Assembly: GCA_965247115.1 (NCBI GenBank)
Contig: CBDFGR010000003.1
Span: forward strand, 704,001-768,000
DNA length: 64,000 nucleotides
Direction of reading: 5' to 3'
Source of the DNA: Myxococcota bacterium
Lineage (GTDB): Bacteria > Myxococcota_A > UBA9160 > SZUA-336
Notes under the pieces: model-generated
Seen by the model: only the letters and a program-made list of their open reading frames with translations
What the model was told of the DNA's origin: nothing
Databases searched by the model: none
Made by a program: the position numbers and the translations under genes
In this document: positions 1-8,883 of the stretch, piece by piece
Numbering within the stretch: the stretch's first letter is position 1
How the letters are laid out: every line of letters begins with the position of its first letter

Positions 1-3000
1 GCCGTGACCTACGCCCTCGCCTACCACCGCGCGCTGGAGGCGCTGTCGCACGAGCTAGATGTGGAGCTACGCGCACGCACCGGGATCCATCTTGGCGAGG
101 TGATCCTTCGCGAGAACCCGGCGGACGAGGTAGCTCGTGGCGCGAAGCCCTTCGACGTCGAGGGCCTCGCGAAGCCGCTTGCCGCCCGAGTCATGGGGCT
201 GGCTCAAGGGGGACAGACCCTGCTCACCCAGAGCGCCTTCGATCTGGCACGGCGGGCCGCGGTGGGGAGCGACACCGGGGACACTCTGGAGTGGCTCGCC
301 CATGGCGCCTACCTGCTCTACGGGGTAGACGAGCCGGTCGATGTCTTCGAGGTCGGCGTGCCCGGGCTCTCTCCGCTCTCGCCGCCTCCTGACACCGAAA
401 AGGGTAAGCGGACCGTCAGCGCCGAGGAGGAGCTCACCCTAGGCTGGCGTCCTGCCGCAGGACTCACGATTCCGACCCGCGCGCACTGGGTGCTCGACCG
501 CAGCGTGGGGGAGGGGGGCTTTGGCGAGGTCTGGATCGCCGCCCATGCCAAGACCGGTGCCAGGCGCACGTTCAAGTTCTGTTTCGAGTCCGAACGCCTG
601 CGGGGACTGCGGCGCGAAGTGGTGCTGTTCCGGCTCCTCAAGGGGTCGCTCGGACACCGGGACGACATCGCCCAGATCCTCGACTGGGAGTTCGACCACC
701 CTCCCTACTTCCTCGAGGCTGAGTACAGCGAGGGAGGCGACCTGCTGGACTGGGCCGAGGAGCGCGGCGGTCTCACCCAGGTTCCCCTCCCGGAGCGGCT
801 CGAGCTCGTGGCCGAGAGCGCGGTCGCGCTCGGCGCGGCGCACTCGGTGGGCGTGCTCCACAAGGACATCAAGCCCGCGAACGTCCTGATCCACACCGAT
901 TCCGAGACGGGACGCGCTCGGGCCCGCCTCACGGACTTCGGGATCGGGCTGGTGACGGACGGAGAGGCGCTCGCGAAGCAGGGCATCACGGTCGAAGGTC
1001 TCACGCAGACCCTCCTCTCGGGCAGCGGGAGCACGAGCGGCACGCCGCTCTACATGGCTCCCGAGGTCATCGCCGGCCAGCCGTCAACCACGCTCTCCGA
1101 CCTCTACTCGCTCGGAGTGATGCTGTACCAGAGCGTGGCGGGCAACTTCGGCAGGGTGCTCGCGCCCGGTTGGGAGCGCGACGTCGACGACGAGCTGCTG
1201 CGCGAGGACATCGCCGCGTGCGTGGATGGGGATCCGGCGCGCCGCATTGCGAGTGCGGCCGAGCTGGCGCAGCGACTGCGCGGCCTCGAGCAACGCCGTG
1301 CCCGGCGTCAGACCGAGGCGCGCCAGCGCCGCGAGGCGGAGCGCGCCCGCCGCCGGCGCCGTCAGTTCACGGTGGCGAGTGTCGCGGGGATCAGCCTGAC
1401 CCTGGCCGTGGCGGCCCTGGCCTGGCGGGAGAGCAGCCTGCGCCAGCGCGAGAGCAGCCTGCGCGAGCGCGCCCAGGCCGCGAGCTACGTCTCCGATATC
1501 CAGCTGAGCTTCGCCCGCCTGGAGCAGGGCAGACGGGGGTTGGCCCAGGCGTCTATCGAGCGCGCGGCTCCGCAATACAGGGGCTGGGAGTGGGGATACC
1601 TGGCGCGCGAAGCGGGGCTGGGCGATGCACGGCCCGGTCGCACTCCGCTCGTGCTCCAAACCGGGGAGACCGCTGCGGAGATCTGGAGGAATGCCGTGCC
1701 AACCGTCATGGCGACCCTCCCGGGAAAGCGTGGTTTGACCGATTGGCAACTCCTCTTCAGCGGCGACGGACGGAGGCTGATCTTCTGGACACAGGGAACG
1801 CCCGTCCAGGTCTGGGATGTGGAATCTGGCGAGGCGATCAGGCTGCTCTCCGAGACCTCGAGTGGCTTCCTTGCGGGGAGCCATGACGGCAGATGGCTGG
1901 TCGCCCGCGAGGACGAGTCTTCCGGAGCGACGGACTCGGGAGACCTTGCAGTGCTCTGGAACGTGGAGACAGGGGCTGCGATCCGGAGCTTCGAGTTCCC
2001 GTTCGGTTTCTTCTTCGTGCCGACCTTCAGCCCGGACGACTCGGCTCTTGTCATCTCTTCGATGAGGAGCACCTCCGAAGACTGGTTGGAGTACCAGCTC
2101 ACCATCTGGGACGTGGCGACCGGCCGTCTGCGGACGGAAATCACGCTGCCGAACGTGGCCCCGTTCGCGCCCATCGGTGTGGCCTTCCCCTCCGAGGGCC
2201 GAATGATGGCTCCCTGGGGTCTCAACGAGCTCAGAACCTGGGACCTGATAACCGGAGAGCTGCTGGACGCGAGCACGCTCCCCGTTGCTCCGGATCGATT
2301 TCTCGTCCGGGTTGTGGGGAATCCGGACGGGGGAATCGCCGCCTTAGCCGTTGAGCGAGGTGGTAAAAGCGGACTCGGAGCGGCCTGGGATGTCCACTCC
2401 GGAAGGAAGATCTGGGAACACGCGGATTCCGAAGTCGACTGGTATGGTGCCAGGACTGCGGATGGGACCGTCACGGCGGGAGTCGGAGCCGACGGCACGA
2501 TCCGCTTCATCGAGACGCCCGCCGAGCCCGGGAACGGCACCACGACCGGACCGGAGCTGGCGCGCTTCGTCCCCGACACGGCGGGCCAGCTCGCGTCGGA
2601 TTACTTCGGGTCCGCGTTCAGCCCGGATGGGAGCAGGTACGCATACCTGGATCCGGACGACGGCGGGATCCGGATCCTCGTGCCCGCAGCAGGAGCGCCG
2701 CGCGATCTTGCACGCCTCCGCGGACACGGCAACCTGGTCCTGCAGCTCTGCTTCACGCCGGATGGGTCCCGCCTCGTTGCGGGCTCCCTCGACCACACCC
2801 TCTCCGTGTGGGACGTGGCGACGCGCGAGCGAGCGCACCTTCTTGCGGGCCACGAGGGACCCGTCACGAGCGTGTCCTGTAGCCCGGACGGGCGCTCGGT
2901 CTTCTCCACATCGATCGATGGCACGGTGGCACTATGGGATACCGCGACAGGCGAGCAGCGTTTCCGCCTCGACGGAAGCTATTCGAGCGAACAGCTGACT

Positions 3001-3843
3001 CAGGCAGCGGCCTACATTCATGGCGGGGGGGTCCATTGGGGGGATTCTCACCTGTTGGGAGTGCTCCGATCCGGTCGACAGATCTTCAGTCCCGACGGGC
3101 GACGCGTCGTCCATCAAGCCGCTGGTCCCGATGCGTGGGTCGTCGACACCGCAACGGGGGAGATATCGATGACACTCCCCGGGGTCGAGCTCTGGCCGCG
3201 GCTGATGGTCGGAGACGCAGTTGAGGTCGGCGCGGGAGGACGCAGGATTCTCAACAATCACCTGCTCTGGGATGCCGAGAGCGGGGAGTTGATCCGCGAA
3301 CTTGGAGGTGCTGGGCTAGCGTTCAGCCCGGACGGCTCACGCATCGCGGGATTCGTCGGGCCCGCGTTTGGTTCGAATCCCCCGAAGGACGGGGTTCTGC
3401 CCGGAAGTTCGTTGAGCGTGAAAGGGGGGGAAGTCGCAACCTGGGATGCCAGGACAGGGAACGGGGTAAGGGTATTTCGCGACGAGCTTGTCATGCAGTC
3501 CGGTCTTCGCTTCAGCCCAGATGGACGACGTCTCGCGGTGATCTCGGTCTATGCCAACCGGGTCAATGTGTGGGATACGGAAACCGGTGATCTCGTCACT
3601 ACCCTCTGCTGCCCAGCTCACCCCTACAGCGCCCGGTTCAGCCCGGATGGCCGGCGCGTCCTGACCCAGTCTCAACGAGACGGCCTCGGCGTGTGGGACC
3701 TGAACGGGAACGAGCTCGTCACCCTCACTCCGGCCGCGAAGCCCTACACCGTTGCGTGGAGCCCCGACGGCAGCCTGATCGCCGCCGCCCTGCACGACGG
3801 CTCGGTCCAGCTCTGGGAAGCACTGCCCTGGACCGAGCCGTGA
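1..3843 (+). CDS. 5'-truncated multidomain protein: class III nucleotide cyclase (C-terminal half) + Ser/Thr kinase + TM helix + WD40 repeats
   Basis: Frame is open from base 1. Cyclase-like RTGIHLGEV...VEGLAKPLAARVMGLAQGGQTLLT. Kinase motifs GEGGFGEVW, HKDIKPANVL, DFGIG, GTPLYMAPE. Hydrophobic VAGISLTLAVAALAW. Many FSPDG / GH...VWD repeats. Confidence 0.9.
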   Translation, partial: AVTYALAYHRALEALSHELDVELRARTGIHLGEVILRENPADEVARGAKPFDVEGLAKPLAARVMGLAQGGQTLLTQSAFDLARRAAVGSDTGDTLEWLAHGAYLLYGVDEPVDVFEVGVPGLSPLSPPPDTEKGKRTVSAEEELTLGWRPAAGLTIPTRAHWVLDRSVGEGGFGEVWIAAHAKTGARRTFKFCFESERLRGLRREVVLFRLLKGSLGHRDDIAQILDWEFDHPPYFLEAEYSEGGDLLDWAEERGGLTQVPLPERLELVAESAVALGAAHSVGVLHKDIKPANVLIHTDSETGRARARLTDFGIGLVTDGEALAKQGITVEGLTQTLLSGSGSTSGTPLYMAPEVIAGQPSTTLSDLYSLGVMLYQSVAGNFGRVLAPGWERDVDDELLREDIAACVDGDPARRIASAAELAQRLRGLEQRRARRQTEARQRREAERARRRRRQFTVASVAGISLTLAVAALAWRESSLRQRESSLRERAQAASYVSDIQLSFARLEQGRRGLAQASIERAAPQYRGWEWGYLAREAGLGDARPGRTPLVLQTGETAAEIWRNAVPTVMATLPGKRGLTDWQLLFSGDGRRLIFWTQGTPVQVWDVESGEAIRLLSETSSGFLAGSHDGRWLVAREDESSGATDSGDLAVLWNVETGAAIRSFEFPFGFFFVPTFSPDDSALVISSMRSTSEDWLEYQLTIWDVATGRLRTEITLPNVAPFAPIGVAFPSEGRMMAPWGLNELRTWDLITGELLDASTLPVAPDRFLVRVVGNPDGGIAALAVERGGKSGLGAAWDVHSGRKIWEHADSEVDWYGARTADGTVTAGVGADGTIRFIETPAEPGNGTTTGPELARFVPDTAGQLASDYFGSAFSPDGSRYAYLDPDDGGIRILVPAAGAPRDLARLRGHGNLVLQLCFTPDGSRLVAGSLDHTLSVWDVATRERAHLLAGHEGPVTSVSCSPDGRSVFSTSIDGTVALWDTATGEQRFRLDGSYSSEQLTQAAAYIHGGGVHWGDSHLLGVLRSGRQIFSPDGRRVVHQAAGPDAWVVDTATGEISMTLPGVELWPRLMVGDAVEVGAGGRRILNNHLLWDAESGELIRELGGAGLAFSPDGSRIAGFVGPAFGSNPPKDGVLPGSSLSVKGGEVATWDARTGNGVRVFRDELVMQSGLRFSPDGRRLAVISVYANRVNVWDTETGDLVTTLCCPAHPYSARFSPDGRRVLTQSQRDGLGVWDLNGNELVTLTPAAKPYTVAWSPDGSLIAAALHDGSVQLWEALPWTEP
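1429..1470 (+). repeat. 21-bp tandem duplication (ESSLRQR/ESSLRER heptad)
   Basis: gagagcagcctgcgccagcgc followed by gagagcagcctgcgcgagcgc, 20/21 identical. Confidence 0.8.
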
Positions 3844-3897
3844 GGCTGCCTCAGCCCATAGCCGGACCACTAGTCGAAACGCAGCCGAATAAGTCCG

Positions 3898-4635
3898 TCA
3901 GGGCTTGAGAAAAAAGTAGACCGCCCATCCCATCTCGTCCCTGCCCCATCTCAAGTAGGTGTCAACAAACTTCGGGTCTCGGAGAGCCGCAGAGTCCGGG
4001 TCATCGGGGTGTTCGTGAGCATACTTTTCAGCGGCATAAAAATGATCCCCTTCAAAGCGGTCCCAATCGTCCGTGCTCGAAACGATTGCGCGAAGAAAGC
4101 GAAGCCCGCTCTCAGTCCCCACCTCGACGTTCCCGCGATGTGAGTGATAGCTCTCCCGCGAGAACCCGGACGCTTTCAAGTGGTCAGGCGAGGGCTCCCG
4201 AATCCAAAACGGCTGACCCGTGACGATCGTACCGCCCCGCTTGGTCCACCTCCCTAGAGCCTCTAGGGTCCCCCGGTGCCCGTTCCAGATCCAGCTGGCG
4301 CCGAGACACATCGACGCGTCGAATGATTCCGCGTCTCCCTCAAACTTCGCGCCGTCCCCCTCGATAATCTCGACCCGGTCAGCAAGTTCGTACTTGACGG
4401 CAGTTTCGCGCGCGACGCCGATGACCCACGGGAACACATCCACCCCGATACCGTGCGCACTCCAGCGCTGAGCGGCGCGACAAAGGACCTCTCCTGGCCC
4501 GCACGCAATGTCAAGAATGCGCCCGCCCAGCGGAAGCTGTAGGAATTCGACGAGGTCATCGACCTTAGCGTCCGACAGAGGGTTCCAAATCCTCTGATCG
4601 CAGTACGTGATTTTGATGAGTTTCCAGAAGTCCAC
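3898..4635 (-). CDS. Class I SAM-dependent methyltransferase (YjhP-like)
   Basis: ILDIACGPGE motif I, FDASMCLGASWI, N-terminal RIWNPLS. Confidence 0.85.
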   Translation of the reverse strand: MDFWKLIKITYCDQRIWNPLSDAKVDDLVEFLQLPLGGRILDIACGPGEVLCRAAQRWSAHGIGVDVFPWVIGVARETAVKYELADRVEIIEGDGAKFEGDAESFDASMCLGASWIWNGHRGTLEALGRWTKRGGTIVTGQPFWIREPSPDHLKASGFSRESYHSHRGNVEVGTESGLRFLRAIVSSTDDWDRFEGDHFYAAEKYAHEHPDDPDSAALRDPKFVDTYLRWGRDEMGWAVYFFLKP

Positions 4636-4787
4636 GTAGCCGCTCCCGGCACCGTCTGACCTCGGTACCGACGGCTTTGCCAGCGAGTGGGGTCCGTTCC
4701 GCGAGCCGGCGACGGTGATTCCAGCAATGCACCAGCAGCATAGTAGGGTTTCGCATCAGCTTCATCCTGGGTTAGGGTACGCGCTCA

Positions 4788-6173
4788 GTGGGATGGCTCG
4801 ACGCACTACGGGACCTCGGCGGAGCGCTCTCGGAGGTGACCGAGCGCTGGGTACCGGACGCCTGGGTGATCTGCATGCTGCTGACGGCCGTCGCCCTCTT
4901 GTTGACGCTGTTTGGAGCGGGTGCCGGGCCCCAAGAGACAGTGCTCGCGTGGGGCGCGGGCGTCTGGAACCTGCTCGAGCTCGCGATGCAGTTCACCATC
5001 GCACTGGTTGCGGCCCACGCGTGTGTCGCCTCGCGCCCTATCCACCGCACCCTCGATCTTCTCGCCGGTCTTCCCGACCCCCAGAAGCCAGTGCAGGCGG
5101 TAGCGCTGGCCGGCTCGGTTTCGTTGGTGACAGGCTACCTGAACTGGGCCTTCTGCATTGTCGCCTGCGCGCTGTTCGTCCCATTCCTGTGTAAGCGCAA
5201 CCCGCGTGCAGACGTGCGGGTTCTGGTTGCGGCGTCGTACATGGGGCTTGGCACTGTCTGGCACGGCGGCTTCTCCGGCTCGGGGCCGCTGATCCTCGCG
5301 ACTCCGGGCAACCCCCTGCTCGAGCCTGGGAGCGGGCTGGCCGTCGTCGACCGCCTCTACCCGGTGACGGAGACCTTGTTCAACCCTTTCAACCTGGTCT
5401 ACCTGCCCGTGATCGGCGCCGTCGGGCTGGTCGCTTCGATGGCACTTCACCCGCGCCGCAACGTTCGCAGCCTGACACCCACCGAGGTCGAGCGCATTCT
5501 CCCAAAGCCGCCGGAAGCGGTCGCGCCCCTGCCGACACCGGCGGGCCGTGTCGATGCGTTTCGCGGCTGGGTATGGCTCGCGGTGATCCTGCTCGTCTAC
5601 CCACTCGGCCACTCGATCGCGACGCGTGGTTTCGGCGTGAGCTGGAGCATCAATGCCTACAATGTGGTCTTCCTGGCGCTCGCGCTCGTGCTCCACGGGC
5701 GCCCGCTGCCCTTCCTCCGCGCCTGTCGCGACGGTGTGGATGCCGCCTGGGGGATCATCCTGCAGTTCCCGTTCTACGCGGGCATCTTCGGACTCATGCA
5801 GAACACCGGACTCGGCGCGTGGCTTGGCACGCTCTTCGCCGAGCTTGCTAGCCAGCGCACGTACCCGCTTCTTGTCTACGTGTACTCAGGTGTCATGAAC
5901 CTGTTCGTGCCGTCCGCTGGCTCCAAGTGGCTGATCGAGGCGCCGTTTCTGCTGCCGGCCGGCCAGGCGCTCGACGTCTCGACGGTCACCGTTCTGCTCG
6001 CCTACGCGTACGGCGACTCTACGACGAACCTGATTCAGCCGTTCCTTGCGATCCCGATCCTCGCGGTCACCCGCATGCGCTTCGGGGATATCGTCGGCTA
6101 CACGTTCCTGATCGCGCTCGCGTGCCTTGCCGTGAACCTCGTCGCGATGTTCCTGATCCCAGTAGATCTCTGA
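4788..6173 (+). CDS. atoE: Short-chain fatty acid transporter (AtoE family)
   Basis: Polytopic membrane protein with ERWVPDAW, WHGGFSGSGPL, QFPFYAGI, NLFVPSAGSKW, AYGDSTTNLIQPF. Confidence 0.85.
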   Translation: MGWLDALRDLGGALSEVTERWVPDAWVICMLLTAVALLLTLFGAGAGPQETVLAWGAGVWNLLELAMQFTIALVAAHACVASRPIHRTLDLLAGLPDPQKPVQAVALAGSVSLVTGYLNWAFCIVACALFVPFLCKRNPRADVRVLVAASYMGLGTVWHGGFSGSGPLILATPGNPLLEPGSGLAVVDRLYPVTETLFNPFNLVYLPVIGAVGLVASMALHPRRNVRSLTPTEVERILPKPPEAVAPLPTPAGRVDAFRGWVWLAVILLVYPLGHSIATRGFGVSWSINAYNVVFLALALVLHGRPLPFLRACRDGVDAAWGIILQFPFYAGIFGLMQNTGLGAWLGTLFAELASQRTYPLLVYVYSGVMNLFVPSAGSKWLIEAPFLLPAGQALDVSTVTVLLAYAYGDSTTNLIQPFLAIPILAVTRMRFGDIVGYTFLIALACLAVNLVAMFLIPVDL

Positions 6174-6275
6174 AGCTCGAGCATCCTGGCCTATTTGAGC
6201 GAGTCGCGAACCGCGGCGTCATCGGCTCCGGCTCTTGTGTAGTCTAGGAGCTGACTTTCACTCGGGAGGCTGCAA

Positions 6276-7058
6276 ATGTCGAGCTACGAAACGATCCGTT
6301 ACGAGGTCTCCGGTGGCATCGCGCGCCTCACCCTGGACCGTCCGGATCAGCGCAACGGGATGACCAAGCGCATGGTTCGGGAGACCCACACGGCCCTGAC
6401 CGAGGCTGCGGCGGATCCCTCTCTCCGGGTGCTGCTGCTGACCGGGGAGGGCACGTCGTTTTGCCCTGGCGCCGACCTGAACTGGGCCACCTCGGGGGAG
6501 CACGACGCCGCCGACACGGCCGAGCCGCTGCACTTCCGCGTCCCGGTTCTGCTCCACCAGATGCCGGCGGTCACCCTGGCCGCGATCAACGGCGCGTGCG
6601 CCGGCGCGGGGTTGGGCTGGGCCTGCGGGTGTGACCTCCGGGTGGCTGCGCGTTCGGCGCGCTTCAACACCGCGTTTCTGAACGTGGCTTTCGCTGGGGA
6701 CATGGGTCTGCCCTGGAGCCTTCCCCGCCTCGTGGGAGCAGCGCGGGCCCGGGACCTCTCCTTTCTGGTCGAGAAGTTCACGGCGGAGGAGGCGCAGCAG
6801 ATGGGCCTCGTCTCGCGGGTCTGGGACGACGAGGTGTTTCGCAAGGAGGTCGAGGAGCTGGTCGGCCGCCTTGAGCGCCGCTCGCCCGTCGCGCTCAAGT
6901 ACCTCAAGGCGCACTACGTCGCCGCAGAGCGCATGGACTTTGGCGACTACGTCGATCTCGAGACGGAGCACCATGTGCGAATTGGGGCCAGCGAGGACAC
7001 GCAGGAGGCTTTCCGTGCCTTCCTGGAGAAGCGCGAGCCTCAGTTCCGGGGGCGGTAG
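6276..7058 (+). CDS. Enoyl-CoA hydratase/isomerase family protein
   Basis: LTLDRPDQRN, FCPGADL, AINGACAGAG, AFLEKREPQF; SD GGAGG upstream. Confidence 0.9.
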   Translation: MSSYETIRYEVSGGIARLTLDRPDQRNGMTKRMVRETHTALTEAAADPSLRVLLLTGEGTSFCPGADLNWATSGEHDAADTAEPLHFRVPVLLHQMPAVTLAAINGACAGAGLGWACGCDLRVAARSARFNTAFLNVAFAGDMGLPWSLPRLVGAARARDLSFLVEKFTAEEAQQMGLVSRVWDDEVFRKEVEELVGRLERRSPVALKYLKAHYVAAERMDFGDYVDLETEHHVRIGASEDTQEAFRAFLEKREPQFRGR

Positions 7059-7113
7059 CTGAATGCCGCTCTGCCCGGGCGGCGATGGCCGCGCGGGCCC
7101 AATAGAGCTCGGA

Positions 7114-7782
7114 CTACGTGCCCCGGAAGGGCTCGCCTCCCCAGCGCTCCAGGACGGTGAAATCCTCGACGGGGTTGCGGCGCAGGCGTGTCAGCTGCTT
7201 CGTCGGCTTGCCGATCGGGAGCAGCGCTGCGATAGCGAAGTGCTCGGGCAGGTCGAGGAGCTTCTGCGCCTCGGGCTCGCGACCGGCGAGGAAGGTGGTG
7301 AGCGCCCCGCCGTAGCCTTCGCCCCGCGCCGCGAGGAGGATGTTCCACACGAACGGGTAGATCGACGCGCCGCTGATCACACCCACGCGCGAAAGGTCGC
7401 GGTCGAGGGACGCGACCACTCTCAGATCAACAGCGACCAGGAGCAGAACCGAAACCGTCTCGAAGTAGTCGAGGAGCTGGGCGGGCACGACAACGTCGCC
7501 CACAGAGGCGGGGTCGACCTTGGACTCGTGCACAGTGTTGAAGGGGTTCTCGCCCGCCTGCACCTGGGCGACGTAGAGCTGCATCGTCGGTTTGACGAGC
7601 TCCGCAAGTTGCCGGCGTACGCTGCGGTCGCGGACGACGATGACACGCCAGCCCTGGCGGTTACCGCCGCTAGGCGCGAAGCGGGCACGGTCGAGGATCC
7701 GATAGAGCACGTCGTCGGGCAGCGGGTCGTCGGTGAACTCGCGTGCCGCGAAGGCCGTTCGCATGACCTGGTCGAGCTCCAT
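7114..7782 (-). CDS. Nitroreductase family protein
   Basis: Start MELDQVMR; ARFAPSGGNRQGW, NILLAARGEGYG, LLPIGKP. Confidence 0.85.
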   Translation of the reverse strand: MELDQVMRTAFAAREFTDDPLPDDVLYRILDRARFAPSGGNRQGWRVIVVRDRSVRRQLAELVKPTMQLYVAQVQAGENPFNTVHESKVDPASVGDVVVPAQLLDYFETVSVLLLVAVDLRVVASLDRDLSRVGVISGASIYPFVWNILLAARGEGYGGALTTFLAGREPEAQKLLDLPEHFAIAALLPIGKPTKQLTRLRRNPVEDFTVLERWGGEPFRGT

Positions 7783-7831
7783 GGTGATCTCCTCGCCCTC
7801 TGTGAGGCGCCAGATAGGGATGGGCGACCCG

Positions 7832-8423
7832 CTATCGGCCCGTGGTAACCCCTGCCGGAGCCGCCCGCGCCCTCGCGCGCCGGTGCAGTGCCCAGCCGAG
7901 CGGGCCGCACGAGACGACCAGCAGTGCGAGGGCCGCTCCATCGAGCCACGGCCCCAGCCACGGAAGCAGCACAGCCAGGCCCAGGGCGCCGAGCAGCAGC
8001 GGAAGCAGCGGAGTGGCGCAGCAGATCAGCACCGCGACCGCAGACGCCGCACCCCCAGCGGAAGGGCCGCCGCCAGCTGGCGGGCCTGCCGAGTCTCTCC
8101 ACCGCAACCGTCGGCGGGACCAGACGGCCCATAAGCGCGGACGTGCCCACGGGGCCGTGAATCTCGAGCCACGTGCGCTCGTCGCCCTCGTGCGTGCGCA
8201 CGTTGTAGCTGGCAAAGCTGCAGCAGCGGCTCTCGAAGGCGATGAAGGCGTCGATCTCGGCGCGAACATCTGTGCCAGGCCCGAAGCCGAGCGCGATGCC
8301 GTCGGGCAGCTCGCGCGCCGCGACGATGCGCCTCGCCAAGCCGTTGCCCAGCTCTTCCTTTCGCAGGGCGAGCTGGTCGGCCGGAAGCGAGCAGCGGGGT
8401 GCTTCGACGGGGATCTCACTCAT
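7832..8423 (-). pseudogene. Frameshifted Cys-rich metal-binding domain fused to a MerF-like two-TM domain
   Basis: First frame: RCSL...FESRCCSF...LEIHGP. Second frame: LICCATPLLPLLLGALGL...WLD. Removing one G from the G5 run (C run at 8052-8056 on +) joins them as RWGAASAVAVLICCATP. Confidence 0.65.
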
Positions 8424-8826
8424 TCGGGTCTCCCAGGCCCGCGATTACGTCGCAGCGGCGCAGGTCGCCGCCGCACGCGCAGGCTTCGATGGTGTCCTTC
8501 AACGTGGCGCGCGCAACCTCGAGCGCGCCGATCTTCCGGTCGATCTCGTCGAGCTTGTGCCGCGCGAATGACTCCACGTTGCGCGCCGAGCGATGCGACT
8601 CGGCGACGCCAATGAGCTCTCGGATCTCACCCAGCGTGAAGCCCAGCGACTGCGCCCGTTTGATCCCGCGCACCCGCCGCACCTCAACTTCGCCGTACTC
8701 GCGGTAGCCCGCGCCGCTACGCGCTCGCGGCCGCAACAACCCGCGCCGCTCGTAGTAGTGAAGGGTCTGCACGTTGACGCCCGCGGCCTCTGCGGCGGCC
8801 CCGATCCTCAGGCTCAGTCCGACCAT
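8416..8826 (-). CDS. MerR-family heavy-metal-responsive regulator
   Basis: IGAAAEAAGVNVQTLHYYERRGLL HTH, AQSLGFTLGEIREL, C-terminal CACGGDLRRC; SD GGAGG. Confidence 0.9.
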   Translation of the reverse strand: MVGLSLRIGAAAEAAGVNVQTLHYYERRGLLRPRARSGAGYREYGEVEVRRVRGIKRAQSLGFTLGEIRELIGVAESHRSARNVESFARHKLDEIDRKIGALEVARATLKDTIEACACGGDLRRCDVIAGLGDPNE

Positions 8827-8845
8827 GGCGCCTCCCTTCCTCCGG

Positions 8846-8877
8846 AATATAGACCCTATACCTAAGTATAGAGTCAA
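8846..8877 (-). promoter_or_regulatory. MerR-type long-spacer promoter with operator dyad
   Basis: Minus strand TTGACT-N20-TATATT. Dyad GACTCTATAC-ttag-GTATAGGGTC (10-bp arms, 1 mismatch) overlaps the -35 and spacer. Confidence 0.8.
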
Positions 8878-8883
8878 GGCCCC

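Noticed and set aside
7832..8826. Canonical mer operon
   Set aside because: No merA, merT or merP, and the regulator lacks the Cys82 equivalent.
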